IMG/VR virus record: IMGVR_UViG_3300022723_000184
Coordinates: 96,001-160,000 of that record
From: a virus
Taxonomy: Duplodnaviria > Caudoviricetes
Direction: 5' to 3' (one strand)
Length of the DNA: 64,000 nucleotides
A program made the position numbers and the translations under genes. Positions 1 through 9,224 of the stretch are shown here, in pieces; position 1 is the stretch's first letter; each line of letters starts with the position of its first letter. Under the pieces are notes generated by a model that was not told where the DNA came from, did not search any database, and saw only the letters and a program-made list of their open reading frames with translations.

Positions 1-1
1 G

Positions 2-1036
2 GACCGGCTCCAGGTGGTCGAGGCCCAGCAGGCGGTCGGGATCTTCGCGGGCAACGAGGTGACCAGGGCCCTGCGCCTCAGTGATCTGGATCCACGTCGC
101 CGCGCCGGCATGGGGTCACGGATCATACAGGCGCTGTCCGAGATGGACGAGCAGGATCGCACGGACCAGACCAAGCGGAACCAGGTGATCCAGCAGACGA
201 TCCACGCCGAGATGGATCGGTTGGGTGTCGACAAGAACGATCCCCGCCGTTCCCGTGTGATCGGGGCCGTCGCCGAGAGCGTGTTCGGCGAGCTGACCCG
301 GGGCGTCAGGTCCTCGCAGATCCTGGGCATCGACAACATCGAGGCCCTGCTCCAGATGTCGGACCCGCAGATACGTGAGGCCATGCGACGCGTGCAGTTA
401 GAGTCGATCGCCGGCTCCCGGGTCCGTGGCGCCCTGGAAGGTCTGGGACGCGGCAGCTTTGCTCAGCGATTCATCGGGGCGATCCAGGAGTCGCCCACCG
501 CTCAGCTCGACGACATCCTGTTCGGGACGCTGGGCGTGCCGAAGGACAAGGTCAGCAAGGCCCTTCGCTCATCGCTCAGCGACCTGCAGGGGCAAGCAGC
601 CGAACTCAAAGACCTGGAGAAGCAGGTGCTGGAGGAGAACGACCCAGCCCGCCGAGACACGATCCGCGAGGATATCCGCGTCAAGCGGGCGGTCATCAGC
701 TCGACGATCAACAAGGTCCGGGAGATCGTCGATTCCGAGGGCGGGTTCAAGAAACTGGACGAGGCCGCGGTCAAGGCCAGGGAGGCCAATGAGGCCGAGC
801 AACAGAAGCTCAAGGAACAGACCGATAAAGTGAGCAAAGGGACGCAGACCGGTGTCCGCGATACCACGGCGGACTTGGACAAGGCCGAGAAGGCCAAGAA
901 GGAGACGGGCTCGGCCGCCGCCGCGGCGATCGAGTGGCCGGACCGGTTGGCGGTCGAAGGGACCATCGAGATCCCAAATCTCGGCAAGGGCAAGATGCAA
1001 GGGTTCCTGCTGGGCAAGAACCAGGTGCCGGCCTAG
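2..1036 (+). CDS. 5'-truncated large helical protein, possibly the C-terminus of a tape measure protein
   Basis: Frame open from the window edge; helical/coiled-coil, Ala/Glu/Lys-rich; directly precedes the baseplate genes. Confidence 0.35.
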   Translation, partial: DRLQVVEAQQAVGIFAGNEVTRALRLSDLDPRRRAGMGSRIIQALSEMDEQDRTDQTKRNQVIQQTIHAEMDRLGVDKNDPRRSRVIGAVAESVFGELTRGVRSSQILGIDNIEALLQMSDPQIREAMRRVQLESIAGSRVRGALEGLGRGSFAQRFIGAIQESPTAQLDDILFGTLGVPKDKVSKALRSSLSDLQGQAAELKDLEKQVLEENDPARRDTIREDIRVKRAVISSTINKVREIVDSEGGFKKLDEAAVKAREANEAEQQKLKEQTDKVSKGTQTGVRDTTADLDKAEKAKKETGSAAAAAIEWPDRLAVEGTIEIPNLGKGKMQGFLLGKNQVPA

Positions 1037-1045
1037 GAGACGTAG

Positions 1046-1660
1046 ATGCCTGTCATTTTCCAAGGACAACCTGGCCGGGTGCTTGCGATCAAGGATCCCG
1101 CGGTCCCCTCGGAGATCCGACCGCTCGTACAGCCGGATCCCTCGATCGACATCCAAAGCGAGAAGTCAATCATCACCAACGTGGCGATCAACCAGCAGAC
1201 CAACCACCAGTTCTTGCACACGCTGGGCAACGACATCTACGTCTACGTGTTCGGCGACCGCATTGGCCAGATCAACATCATGGGCTTCTCGTTCATGGAG
1301 ACCTGCGGCGGCAGTGGCGGCGGTAACGGCCAGCACGGCCTGGAGCTGATGCTCAACTGGTACAAGCGGAACAAGCTCTCGTCCCGAAAGGAGCCGGTGA
1401 AGGTGGCGATCGGCGCCGTGACCTTCACCGCGTTCGTCACTGGCATCCAGACGCAGGTCCAGGACCCCAAGCTGTTCCTCACCTCGTTTAACGTGTCCAT
1501 GGCCTTGATCCCGGAGAAGAACGACGAGGGTGGAGGTGATCCGTCAGGTGGCGCCGGCACCATACCGGTTGGCGCCGCGCTGTCCGGCGGTCTGGGTACG
1601 GCAGGCACCCAGTTGTTTGAGACCGGGGGCATCTCCGGGGCAGGTACGGCAGTCGTATGA
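1046..1660 (+). CDS. Putative tail tube initiator/hub-associated protein
   Basis: RBS GGAG; beta-rich 204 aa with Gly-rich tail; position after the putative tape measure gene. Confidence 0.35.
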   Translation: MPVIFQGQPGRVLAIKDPAVPSEIRPLVQPDPSIDIQSEKSIITNVAINQQTNHQFLHTLGNDIYVYVFGDRIGQINIMGFSFMETCGGSGGGNGQHGLELMLNWYKRNKLSSRKEPVKVAIGAVTFTAFVTGIQTQVQDPKLFLTSFNVSMALIPEKNDEGGGDPSGGAGTIPVGAALSGGLGTAGTQLFETGGISGAGTAVV

Positions 1661-2460
1661 TCAACCACGTACGAACACTCCTGTTGAACGTCGACGGGTC
1701 GAACAACCCGGGCCCCACCTTCTTCGGCGAGGAGTACGTCCCGCCGGAGTTCAAGGCCGTGGACTACCCGTCGTTCATCGTCGACATCCGAGAGAAGCTG
1801 TTCGGGGCAGAACCCGACCGGGCGATGCTCAACTACCGCCTGTGGCAGTTCATGCAGGTACTGCACTCGACCGATGACCTGTCCCAACACGTCGAGGACT
1901 TCGACCCCCGCGTGACTTACGTCGACAGCAAGCGGATTGACCTCTACAACCCGGTGTCGTTCGAGCCGGTGGTCGACCAGATCTCCGGCGTGACCGCGGA
2001 GCTGTTCCCGCAGCAGGGGCCGGCAGTGCCCGATCAGAACGGCCGCGTGCGTCACCAGTACGAAGTTGACATTCTCAGCAGCTCCACGGTCCGCGTGAAG
2101 CAAGAGACGCAGCCCATTCGGCAGGAGATCGTCAGCTACACGTTCGCCGACGGTCTGAGCAGCCGCATCAACCTGCTCGACAGCGGGTGGGGCGTGTTGC
2201 TGGGTACGGACAGCGCGGGCACCTCGTGGAAGGTCGAGGTCCGCAACCGACCGCAGTACGACCTGGGCCAGCTCGTTGCGAGCGTGGCGGCCGTCGGTGA
2301 GCCGGTGTTCTTGGAACTATTCGGCCTGGCTCCCGAGGAGCCGATGCTGACCTTCAAGAACCTGTGGGAAACGAACAAGGAAACCCCGTACCGCCTGGGT
2401 GGCTTGCTGCTTGCACTGGCCCGGCGGTCCGATGAAGCACGGAGACAGGTGGTTGGCTAA
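1657..2460 (+). CDS. Phage structural protein (tail module), unknown function
   Basis: ATGA overlap with previous gene; high-GC3 codon usage. Confidence 0.5.
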   Translation: MINHVRTLLLNVDGSNNPGPTFFGEEYVPPEFKAVDYPSFIVDIREKLFGAEPDRAMLNYRLWQFMQVLHSTDDLSQHVEDFDPRVTYVDSKRIDLYNPVSFEPVVDQISGVTAELFPQQGPAVPDQNGRVRHQYEVDILSSSTVRVKQETQPIRQEIVSYTFADGLSSRINLLDSGWGVLLGTDSAGTSWKVEVRNRPQYDLGQLVASVAAVGEPVFLELFGLAPEEPMLTFKNLWETNKETPYRLGGLLLALARRSDEARRQVVG

Positions 2461-4156
2461 GGCCAAGAATTACATCTACACCGACCTGTCCGAGGACGAC
2501 GTCCTCGAAGTGGAGATTGACGGCCAGACGTACAAGGCCGTCAATTTCACGATGTCGTTTGCGCTCAACTCGATCCCCCAGGCCGCGGCCACCCTGGCCA
2601 TCGGCCGGGAAGCTCTGTCTGGCGAGCCGGCGAAGATCGCGGAGACGGCGGCCGAACTGACTTCGATGAAGCCAGTGAAGGTCACGTTCAACGCCGGCGG
2701 CGAGTGGGACTCCGAAGGCACCAAGTGGCCCGGCAAGCAAACGATCTTCGAGGGCTACTTCACCGGGTTTTCGTACAAGAAGCTCTATGGCAAGGTCCAG
2801 GTCGTGGCCAACTTCATCCATTGGCTCGTGGACCTGGGCTTCAGCTCCTGCCTCAACTCTCAGATGCACGTGGGCAACCCGGGCGTCATGCTGGGGCCGG
2901 CCGTCATGTCAGTGCAAATTAACTCGGCGGGCGGCGCAGGTGCCAGTGACAAGAACAGCGCCCTGGTCGCCAACCACATCGGTTACGACCTGATCGCCAA
3001 CAACGTCGAGTCCGATTGGTGGAAGACGATCAAAAGCTATCTGTGTGCACTGGCCGGGGTCTCCGGGTTGGCGACCAGCGCCACTGCTACGTGCGAGGGG
3101 ACCGGCGACATCACGGCGAACGACCGGGCGCTCAGAGCCCTGTCCCGGATTGAGGGAGAGGACCTGGCCGGCGAGTGCTCTCGCGACTACGAGTTCGGCA
3201 AGGCCCTGCCCCTCGAAAGCCGAGGCCAGCGGCAGGTGCCCGATGCCGTGGCGAAGTCTGTGGCCAACTCGTACATGCAGTCCTACTTCAACCAGACGTT
3301 CTGGGACCTGCTGGTTAAGGACCTGCTGCCGAGCTTTGGTGCTGCGGTCATGCCCCTGGTCGACCGGGCGGTGGTCATCGCCGACCTCCCGACCTGGCAG
3401 GGCGTCAGCAACCAGCCCTGGAAAGAGATTGGCCCCGACGAATACGTGGCGATGGAGCAGGACTCGAAGATCCCACAGCCGTTGCGGGGAATCGGCATCT
3501 ACGCTCCGGTCGCCGGTGAGACGAACGTCCAGTCAGTGTCCGGCCCTTACAAGCCGCAACTCGGCGGCTGCTACGTGTCGGACGCCGAGGAGGACTCGGA
3601 CGGCACACTCAAGTACGTGACCGCGCCCCGTTGGTTGTTGGGGGTCCCGTCCGAAGGCCTGTACGCCGGCGCCATGACCGGGAACAAAGAAGAGAAGTCG
3701 ATCAAGTCGGCGACCCACGGCCAAGAGGACAAGATCGACACCCCCGAAGACCCTAGCCCGGTGGATACGTTCGAGACGGTCAACGAGCTGATGGTGCGGT
3801 ACGCCCACTGGCTTTTCACGATGGAATCACTTCGTGGCCGGAGCGCCATCTTCTCTGGTAGACTGAGGTTCGACATCGCCCCGGGGTCCCACCTGAAGAT
3901 CGTGGGCTCACCGGAGCAGTTCCTGGAGACCGACGCCCTGGCCTCCGACGTCTACGGCATGGTCCGTGCGGTCACGATCGGGATCGACATCGAGGCGAGG
4001 GCGGCGGTTACCTCATACGTGCTGTCACACAATCGAAACGAGGCAGAGAACGAGGCCGAGCGGACGAGTATCGAGGAACATCCACTGTTCGGGTCAGCGA
4101 TCGTCAACGGGGCGCCGCTGGTCAAGGCCTTGGACCTGGGGAGCGAAGATGCCTGA
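2432..4156 (+). CDS. Baseplate hub protein (late control D/gp27-like); start may be TTG 2453
   Basis: ~575 aa; C-terminal GRLRFDIAPGSHLKI...GMVRAVTIGID pattern typical of hub proteins; context. Confidence 0.5.
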   Translation: MKHGDRWLAKAKNYIYTDLSEDDVLEVEIDGQTYKAVNFTMSFALNSIPQAAATLAIGREALSGEPAKIAETAAELTSMKPVKVTFNAGGEWDSEGTKWPGKQTIFEGYFTGFSYKKLYGKVQVVANFIHWLVDLGFSSCLNSQMHVGNPGVMLGPAVMSVQINSAGGAGASDKNSALVANHIGYDLIANNVESDWWKTIKSYLCALAGVSGLATSATATCEGTGDITANDRALRALSRIEGEDLAGECSRDYEFGKALPLESRGQRQVPDAVAKSVANSYMQSYFNQTFWDLLVKDLLPSFGAAVMPLVDRAVVIADLPTWQGVSNQPWKEIGPDEYVAMEQDSKIPQPLRGIGIYAPVAGETNVQSVSGPYKPQLGGCYVSDAEEDSDGTLKYVTAPRWLLGVPSEGLYAGAMTGNKEEKSIKSATHGQEDKIDTPEDPSPVDTFETVNELMVRYAHWLFTMESLRGRSAIFSGRLRFDIAPGSHLKIVGSPEQFLETDALASDVYGMVRAVTIGIDIEARAAVTSYVLSHNRNEAENEAERTSIEEHPLFGSAIVNGAPLVKALDLGSEDA

Positions 4157-4874
4157 GACACCCGATATCGATTTCGACCAGGCGTATACGTCGTGGGCCT
4201 CGGACAGGTCTCCGCAGGCCAACGCCACGATCCTGAAGGTTCTCGACCCGGTGATCAGCCAGGCGGTGCAGACACACGTCGGTACGAGCAACCCGCTGCT
4301 CAAGGCCCGGGCCCGGAAGATGACGCTCGGCGCCCTGGGCTCGTTTGACCCGAAGCGGGGCCGGCTCAAGAGCCACTTGTATTCGCAGCTCCAAGGCCTC
4401 AAGCGGCAGCATGCCAAGCAGCAGAGCATCTTCCGGGTGCCCGAGCGGCTGATGTTGGACCGCCGAGGTCTGAAGGCGGCGCAGCAGGAACTGGAAGACG
4501 AACTGGGGCGGGAGCCGACGGACCAGGAGCTGGCGACGCGCACCGGGTTCTCGGTCGACCGGATCTCTCGCATCCGGCAGTTCAGCCCCGCGATGAGCGA
4601 GGGCTTCTTCTCGACGGTGGGCGAGGGCGGCATGGTCCCACAGTCCACGAGCCCGATCAGCCAGCAATCGTCGTGGGTCCAGGTGGTGTACGACGACCTG
4701 GGCCCGCTCGACAAGAAGATCATGGAGTGGACGCTGGGCCTCAATGGCCAACCCCGACTCTCGAACCAGGAGATTGCTTTGAGGCTCAAGAGGTCCCCGG
4801 GCGCCATCAGCCAGCGAAAGGCGCTGATCCAGCAGATGCTTGACGAGGAGCAGGACCTTTCCCCTTTTCTATGA
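4149..4874 (+). CDS. RNA polymerase sigma-70 family factor (FliA/SigF-like)
   Basis: Region 3 motif ELGREPTDQELATRTGFSVDRI; region 4 HTH LSNQEIALRLKRSPGAISQRK; region 2-like helix. Confidence 0.85.
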   Translation: MPETPDIDFDQAYTSWASDRSPQANATILKVLDPVISQAVQTHVGTSNPLLKARARKMTLGALGSFDPKRGRLKSHLYSQLQGLKRQHAKQQSIFRVPERLMLDRRGLKAAQQELEDELGREPTDQELATRTGFSVDRISRIRQFSPAMSEGFFSTVGEGGMVPQSTSPISQQSSWVQVVYDDLGPLDKKIMEWTLGLNGQPRLSNQEIALRLKRSPGAISQRKALIQQMLDEEQDLSPFL

Positions 4875-4882
4875 AACTATGC

Positions 4883-4917
4883 CAGCTCGTCGGCTTAAAA
4901 GCGAGACAAGGCGAGAC
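4883..4917 (+). repeat. Degenerate solitary CRISPR repeat A (sense, upstream of RBS)
   Basis: CAGCTCGTCGGCTTAAAAGCGAGACAAGGCGAGAC resembles repeat CTGCTCATCGGTTTAGAAGATGAGAC; stem CTCGTC/GGCGAG + AC; 31/35 identical to the copy at 33550 (-). Confidence 0.75.
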
Positions 4918-4931
4918 CTCTGAGGTAGACC

Positions 4932-5408
4932 ATGGGTACCGAACCGAAACCACAGTCCAAGGCCGAGATCGACTCGAACTTCGAGGGTCAGATCAAGAAG
5001 CTGCGTGAGCGGGCCAAGGACGAGGCCGACGCGAAGCTGGGCGGCGACAACGCCCAGTGGAACATCCCGGAGCTGGGCGATTGGGACGGCGACCTGTTCG
5101 CGGTCGAGGAGATCAGCGACGCGTTCAAGCGGGAAGAGGCCAACGAGAAGTTCGAGGAGGCGACCAAGGACTCCAGCTCGCCGGGTGTCGCCGGCGACCT
5201 CGGCGTTACCACACTGCAGGTTGACTACTTGGCCTGCATGGACCGGGCCTTCCGGGCCAGGCACACGATGCGACGGCCCCGGACCATGGCCCACATGACC
5301 GGCCGCCGCAAAGGCCACGGCAACGAGCGAGGTACGCTGACCCAGACGGCGTTGGAGTTCGCCCGCAACCTGCTTAAACAGGCCCAGGCGTCGGGAGGTG
5401 GTAGCTGA
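4932..5408 (+). CDS. Hypothetical protein in baseplate module
   Basis: RBS GAGG; coding-like composition; overlaps next start. Confidence 0.6.
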   Translation: MGTEPKPQSKAEIDSNFEGQIKKLRERAKDEADAKLGGDNAQWNIPELGDWDGDLFAVEEISDAFKREEANEKFEEATKDSSSPGVAGDLGVTTLQVDYLACMDRAFRARHTMRRPRTMAHMTGRRKGHGNERGTLTQTALEFARNLLKQAQASGGGS

Positions 5409-5893
5409 TGACCGTGACCGGATCCGTTGCTGCCTACGCCGATCGTCAGATCGACATGCTGGCTTTCCAGAACCCAGGTATCGGGAGCCTGGAACTGGTC
5501 GACTTGATCCTCGTCCCCGACGGCGGCAGCGGGTTCAGCATCGCCGGCATCGCCAAGCTCGCCCAGCGGTTCTTGATCGAGCTGCTGACTGAGCAGGGAT
5601 CGATCCCGTACGACACGGTCCGCGGCTCGACGTTCCTCACCGAGCTTCGGCAGGGTAGGGTGCGTACGACGCCGGCCGCCGAGACCGCGTTCTACCTGGC
5701 GCTGGACCAGGTGAAGCTCCAGCTGCAGCTGGAGGAGTCCGACGACATGCCCGACGACGAACGGTACGGGCGAACGACCCTCGACTCGATCGTGCTGTCG
5801 CCGGCCGATACGGTAAAACTACGACTGACGTTGTTCAGCTTGGCGGGGACCGGCGTGACGCTGTTGCTCCCGATTGAGACTACGCTTGGATAG
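5408..5893 (+). CDS. Baseplate wedge subunit, gp25/GPW-like
   Basis: LAQRFLIELLTEQGSIPYDTVRGSTF motif; size; precedes baseplate J. Confidence 0.65.
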   Translation: MTVTGSVAAYADRQIDMLAFQNPGIGSLELVDLILVPDGGSGFSIAGIAKLAQRFLIELLTEQGSIPYDTVRGSTFLTELRQGRVRTTPAAETAFYLALDQVKLQLQLEESDDMPDDERYGRTTLDSIVLSPADTVKLRLTLFSLAGTGVTLLLPIETTLG

Positions 5894-5922
5894 TGCCAGC
5901 TCGCTGGCGAATAGAGCGAGAC
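5887..5922 (+). repeat. Degenerate solitary CRISPR repeat B (sense, upstream of baseplate J RBS)
   Basis: TAGTGCCAG-CTCGCT-GGCGAATAG-AGCGAG-AC: same 6-bp stem, 9-nt loop and AC tail as the repeat; three compensatory pairs. Confidence 0.75.
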
Positions 5923-5939
5923 GATAAGGCAGGGAAGCC

Positions 5940-7643
5940 ATGACGATTCAGATCACCAACCTGGACGACGTGAACCAAGAGCTTGTCGCGGACAACCTCG
6001 ACGAGATCATCACGCGCCTGCAAGAAGACAACCCATCACTCGACCTCCGGCGAGGCGTCCTCAAGGACCTGCTTGCCGGCTACCACGCGTCGCTGAGCGC
6101 TGCCGAGCAGCAGACGTTGGCCCGGTACCTCAGCGCCCGGTCGCTGCAGCAGATCGAGGCCGATCCGACGCTGGCCGACGAGGGGGTGACCGACGACGTC
6201 CTCTCCAACTACCGGGTCACCCGGCAGCAGGGGGCTACGGCCCAGGGTGAGATCACGATCGTCGTCAGTCAGAACACCACGGTGGTCATCTCCGAGGGAG
6301 CCATCTTCGAGGCCGACGGGCAGCAGTTCGCTAGCGATTCGGTGTTCACGGCCAAGACCGAGGCCGCCCAGATCAACACGTCGACCGACCGCCTGCTTCA
6401 ACAGCGATCGGACGGCAACTGGTTCTTCACCATCACGGTGACCGCGGCCGAAGTCGGGACCGAGGGGAACATCGCCAAAGACACTTTCATGGTGCCGGCC
6501 GTGCCCCCGCCCAACTACGTCACGTCGTTCGCGACCAACGACTTCGTGAGCGGGACCAACACCGAGACCAACACCCAGCTGCTCCAACGATTGCAGGAGG
6601 GGCTCGCGGCCAGGGCCCCGTCCAACCGCACGAACATGAAGGGGATGCTCCGAGAGATCTCCGACGAGGCGTACGCCGGCAACCTGCATAGCTCGATCGT
6701 CGGGTTCGGCGACGAGGAGATGCTCCGTGACCAGCACACGATCTGGCCCGGCAGCCTGGGCGGGCGCTCCGACTGGTACATTCGCACGGTCGAGCAGCTG
6801 TTCCGGCTGACGCTGCAGCGGGAAGCCACGCTCGTCCAGATCGGGACCCGTGGCGAGCTATCGAATAACTGCTCGCCCGGAGGCCCCAACGCCTCGGACA
6901 TCGTAACGGTCTGGCAGTTCGCCCTGGCCCGCGACGACGCCCCCGGTTTCTACGAGATCCGGACGGTACGCCCCCTGGGATTCGATGAGGCCAGCGGCAG
7001 CTTCGAGATCCTGGCCGACATCCGGGGCCTGGACCTGACGGGCGACGGCTTCGTCCCGGACATCGACACCGTGGAGGAAGGGGCGTACAGCCGCTACCAG
7101 ACCACGGTCATCAAGTTCATTGACGACCAGGTTGACCCGACCACGGTCGCGGTCGGGGACACTAGCGCCTACGACGTGTCAGTGGCCATGATGCCCCAGA
7201 TCGGCGACATCCAGGACGACCTGAACACCCGCGACATCCGCAGCTACGGGTCCGACGTCCTGATCAAGGCCCCGGTACCCTGCTTCGTGTCGCTCTCGTT
7301 CACGATCAACAAACAGAACAACGTGCCGGACCCGGACCTCGATGCGATCAAGACGGCGTTGGCCAAAGAGGTCAACACGATTGCGTTCCTAGGCCGGCTG
7401 TACGCTTCGCAGCTGCACGACGTGATCCAAGGCCTGCTCGGAACCACGACCAGCGCCGGCAAGATCGACATGTTCGGTCGCCTGCGTTACCCGGACGGCA
7501 CGACCAAGTACGTCCGTGACTTTGAGGTGCTGGCGATCGACGGGCCGGCCGGGCAAATGGTCAGCCCGAAGACCGTGCAGTTTTATCTGGACGTCGAGGA
7601 CATCTCGATCTCGATCGCGACCAGCGTCCCCGTGCCCTCTTAA
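5940..7643 (+). CDS. Baseplate J-like protein
   Basis: ATAQGEITIV..VVISEGAIFEADGQQF and ITVTAAEVGTEGNI / GTNTETNTQLLQRL motifs of the baseplate J family. Confidence 0.8.
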   Translation: MTIQITNLDDVNQELVADNLDEIITRLQEDNPSLDLRRGVLKDLLAGYHASLSAAEQQTLARYLSARSLQQIEADPTLADEGVTDDVLSNYRVTRQQGATAQGEITIVVSQNTTVVISEGAIFEADGQQFASDSVFTAKTEAAQINTSTDRLLQQRSDGNWFFTITVTAAEVGTEGNIAKDTFMVPAVPPPNYVTSFATNDFVSGTNTETNTQLLQRLQEGLAARAPSNRTNMKGMLREISDEAYAGNLHSSIVGFGDEEMLRDQHTIWPGSLGGRSDWYIRTVEQLFRLTLQREATLVQIGTRGELSNNCSPGGPNASDIVTVWQFALARDDAPGFYEIRTVRPLGFDEASGSFEILADIRGLDLTGDGFVPDIDTVEEGAYSRYQTTVIKFIDDQVDPTTVAVGDTSAYDVSVAMMPQIGDIQDDLNTRDIRSYGSDVLIKAPVPCFVSLSFTINKQNNVPDPDLDAIKTALAKEVNTIAFLGRLYASQLHDVIQGLLGTTTSAGKIDMFGRLRYPDGTTKYVRDFEVLAIDGPAGQMVSPKTVQFYLDVEDISISIATSVPVPS

Positions 7644-7656
7644 AAAGTACTTTTTA
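7641..7656. promoter_or_regulatory. Palindromic operator-like motif TAAAAAGTACTTTTTA
   Basis: Perfect 16-bp AT-rich palindrome between a stop and a start; core recurs at 29933, 48099, 58170, 62496. Confidence 0.6.
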
Positions 7657-7660
7657 GATC

Positions 7661-9211
7661 ATGGCCGACTTCCTCTATCCGACCAACGACTTCGACCGCC
7701 GCAACCGGCTGCTGGCTGAGGTGGCGTCGTTCTGGAACAACGTGTTCGGGCAGCGGGAGTTTGTCCGCGACATCCTGTTCGCCAAGGGTCAGCTGGAGCA
7801 GCAGACGGTTCAGCAGCTGACCGAGCTGTTCGATTCGGTCAGTCGCTTCAAGCTGCCGCCGTTTCATTTAGAGCGATGGTATCTGATCACGCTGCTGGAG
7901 TCTGACCTCAACCAGGGCAAGGCCGCCCAGCTGCTGTACGACGGTGAGGTCGACTACGACCCGACCGGCCCTTTCAAGTACGGGGTCCCCCGACAGCTCA
8001 ATCAGTTCACGTGGGATGCGCCGGCCGAGCTGGTCGACACCGGTGTCCTGGTCAACCGGATCCACGACGCCAGCCTGACGATGACCCGGGGCGTCGACTT
8101 CCTGTTGGAGGACGGGAGCCTGTTCTTCAGGGAGAACCCGTTCGACAACCCGCTGGTCCCGGTCCGCGACATCGTCGTCGGCCAGGAGGTCGTCGACCGG
8201 CAGATCGGTCTGTGGGTCTTCCAGGCCAAGTTTGACTGGGACTACATCTTCGAGCAGTTCGGGTACGTCATCCAGCTGTCGCTGGAGAGCGGCGACGAAT
8301 ACAAGGGCATGATCAACGCGGTGTTCGACGCCCTGGTCGAGGGCACGACCCAGCGGTCGGTCGAGAACGCCTTCGAGGCGATGACCGGCTCCACCCTGGT
8401 CCAGAACCCGACGGAGACCGTCAAGGCGATCGTCGACGAGCCGGGCAGGCAGCTGGTGATCACCGACCAGGTCGTCTACGAGTACAGCGACCTGGTCAGC
8501 GTCATCGTTTCTGTGGGCGACAAGGTCATCGAGGGCCAGGCTCTGGTCGACACGCTCCAGTTCTTCGAGTTCAACCGGGGCCAGTGTCCGACGCAGGAGC
8601 AGTGCCAGGCGGTCGCCTTGGGTCGTGGTTTCCTGGGTCGCGGGTTCTTCGGTGACCTGGTGTTCGAGAACAAGAGCACGCCACTCGTGGTCGAGACCGA
8701 CGACGAGGGGTACACCAAGGTCAGTTGGGAGATCGGCGGGTTCCCGACCGACGTCGTGAAGTTCTTCGACGACCTGCACGCTAACGGGCTTGCCGCCGGC
8801 CAGACGCTGGCCAACCTGCTCGACACCCGGACCAATAAGGTCGGCGAGCCGCAGGCGAGCAACCTACCGACCACAATCAACCCGTTCGAGTTTCTGTGTC
8901 AGAACGTGCTGAGGAACCACGCCTACCTGGCCAAGATCCGGACGGCCGGCTTCGGGCCGGGCGCCGTGGGCATGAACGCCGGAAAGATCCTGAGAAAGGT
9001 ACATCCACCGCAGACTGCTCTAATTATCGCCGCGGAATTGGCTCACACGGACGATCCGATTATCATGGAAGATCCGGGTACGGAGACCGCGCCGGGCTAC
9101 GAGGAGACCGTCTCGACCTACACCGGAATGGTGCAAGCCGAGACGATTTCACCGGATACGGCGATGGACGAGTGCGTGCGGGTCAAGCTGATCTCGGGCC
9201 GCTGCACCTAA
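7661..9211 (+). CDS. Baseplate wedge protein (tail protein I/gp7-like)
   Basis: Follows baseplate J; 516 aa structural-type composition. Confidence 0.45.
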   Translation: MADFLYPTNDFDRRNRLLAEVASFWNNVFGQREFVRDILFAKGQLEQQTVQQLTELFDSVSRFKLPPFHLERWYLITLLESDLNQGKAAQLLYDGEVDYDPTGPFKYGVPRQLNQFTWDAPAELVDTGVLVNRIHDASLTMTRGVDFLLEDGSLFFRENPFDNPLVPVRDIVVGQEVVDRQIGLWVFQAKFDWDYIFEQFGYVIQLSLESGDEYKGMINAVFDALVEGTTQRSVENAFEAMTGSTLVQNPTETVKAIVDEPGRQLVITDQVVYEYSDLVSVIVSVGDKVIEGQALVDTLQFFEFNRGQCPTQEQCQAVALGRGFLGRGFFGDLVFENKSTPLVVETDDEGYTKVSWEIGGFPTDVVKFFDDLHANGLAAGQTLANLLDTRTNKVGEPQASNLPTTINPFEFLCQNVLRNHAYLAKIRTAGFGPGAVGMNAGKILRKVHPPQTALIIAAELAHTDDPIIMEDPGTETAPGYEETVSTYTGMVQAETISPDTAMDECVRVKLISGRCT

Positions 9212-9224
9212 AGGCAGGGAAGCC

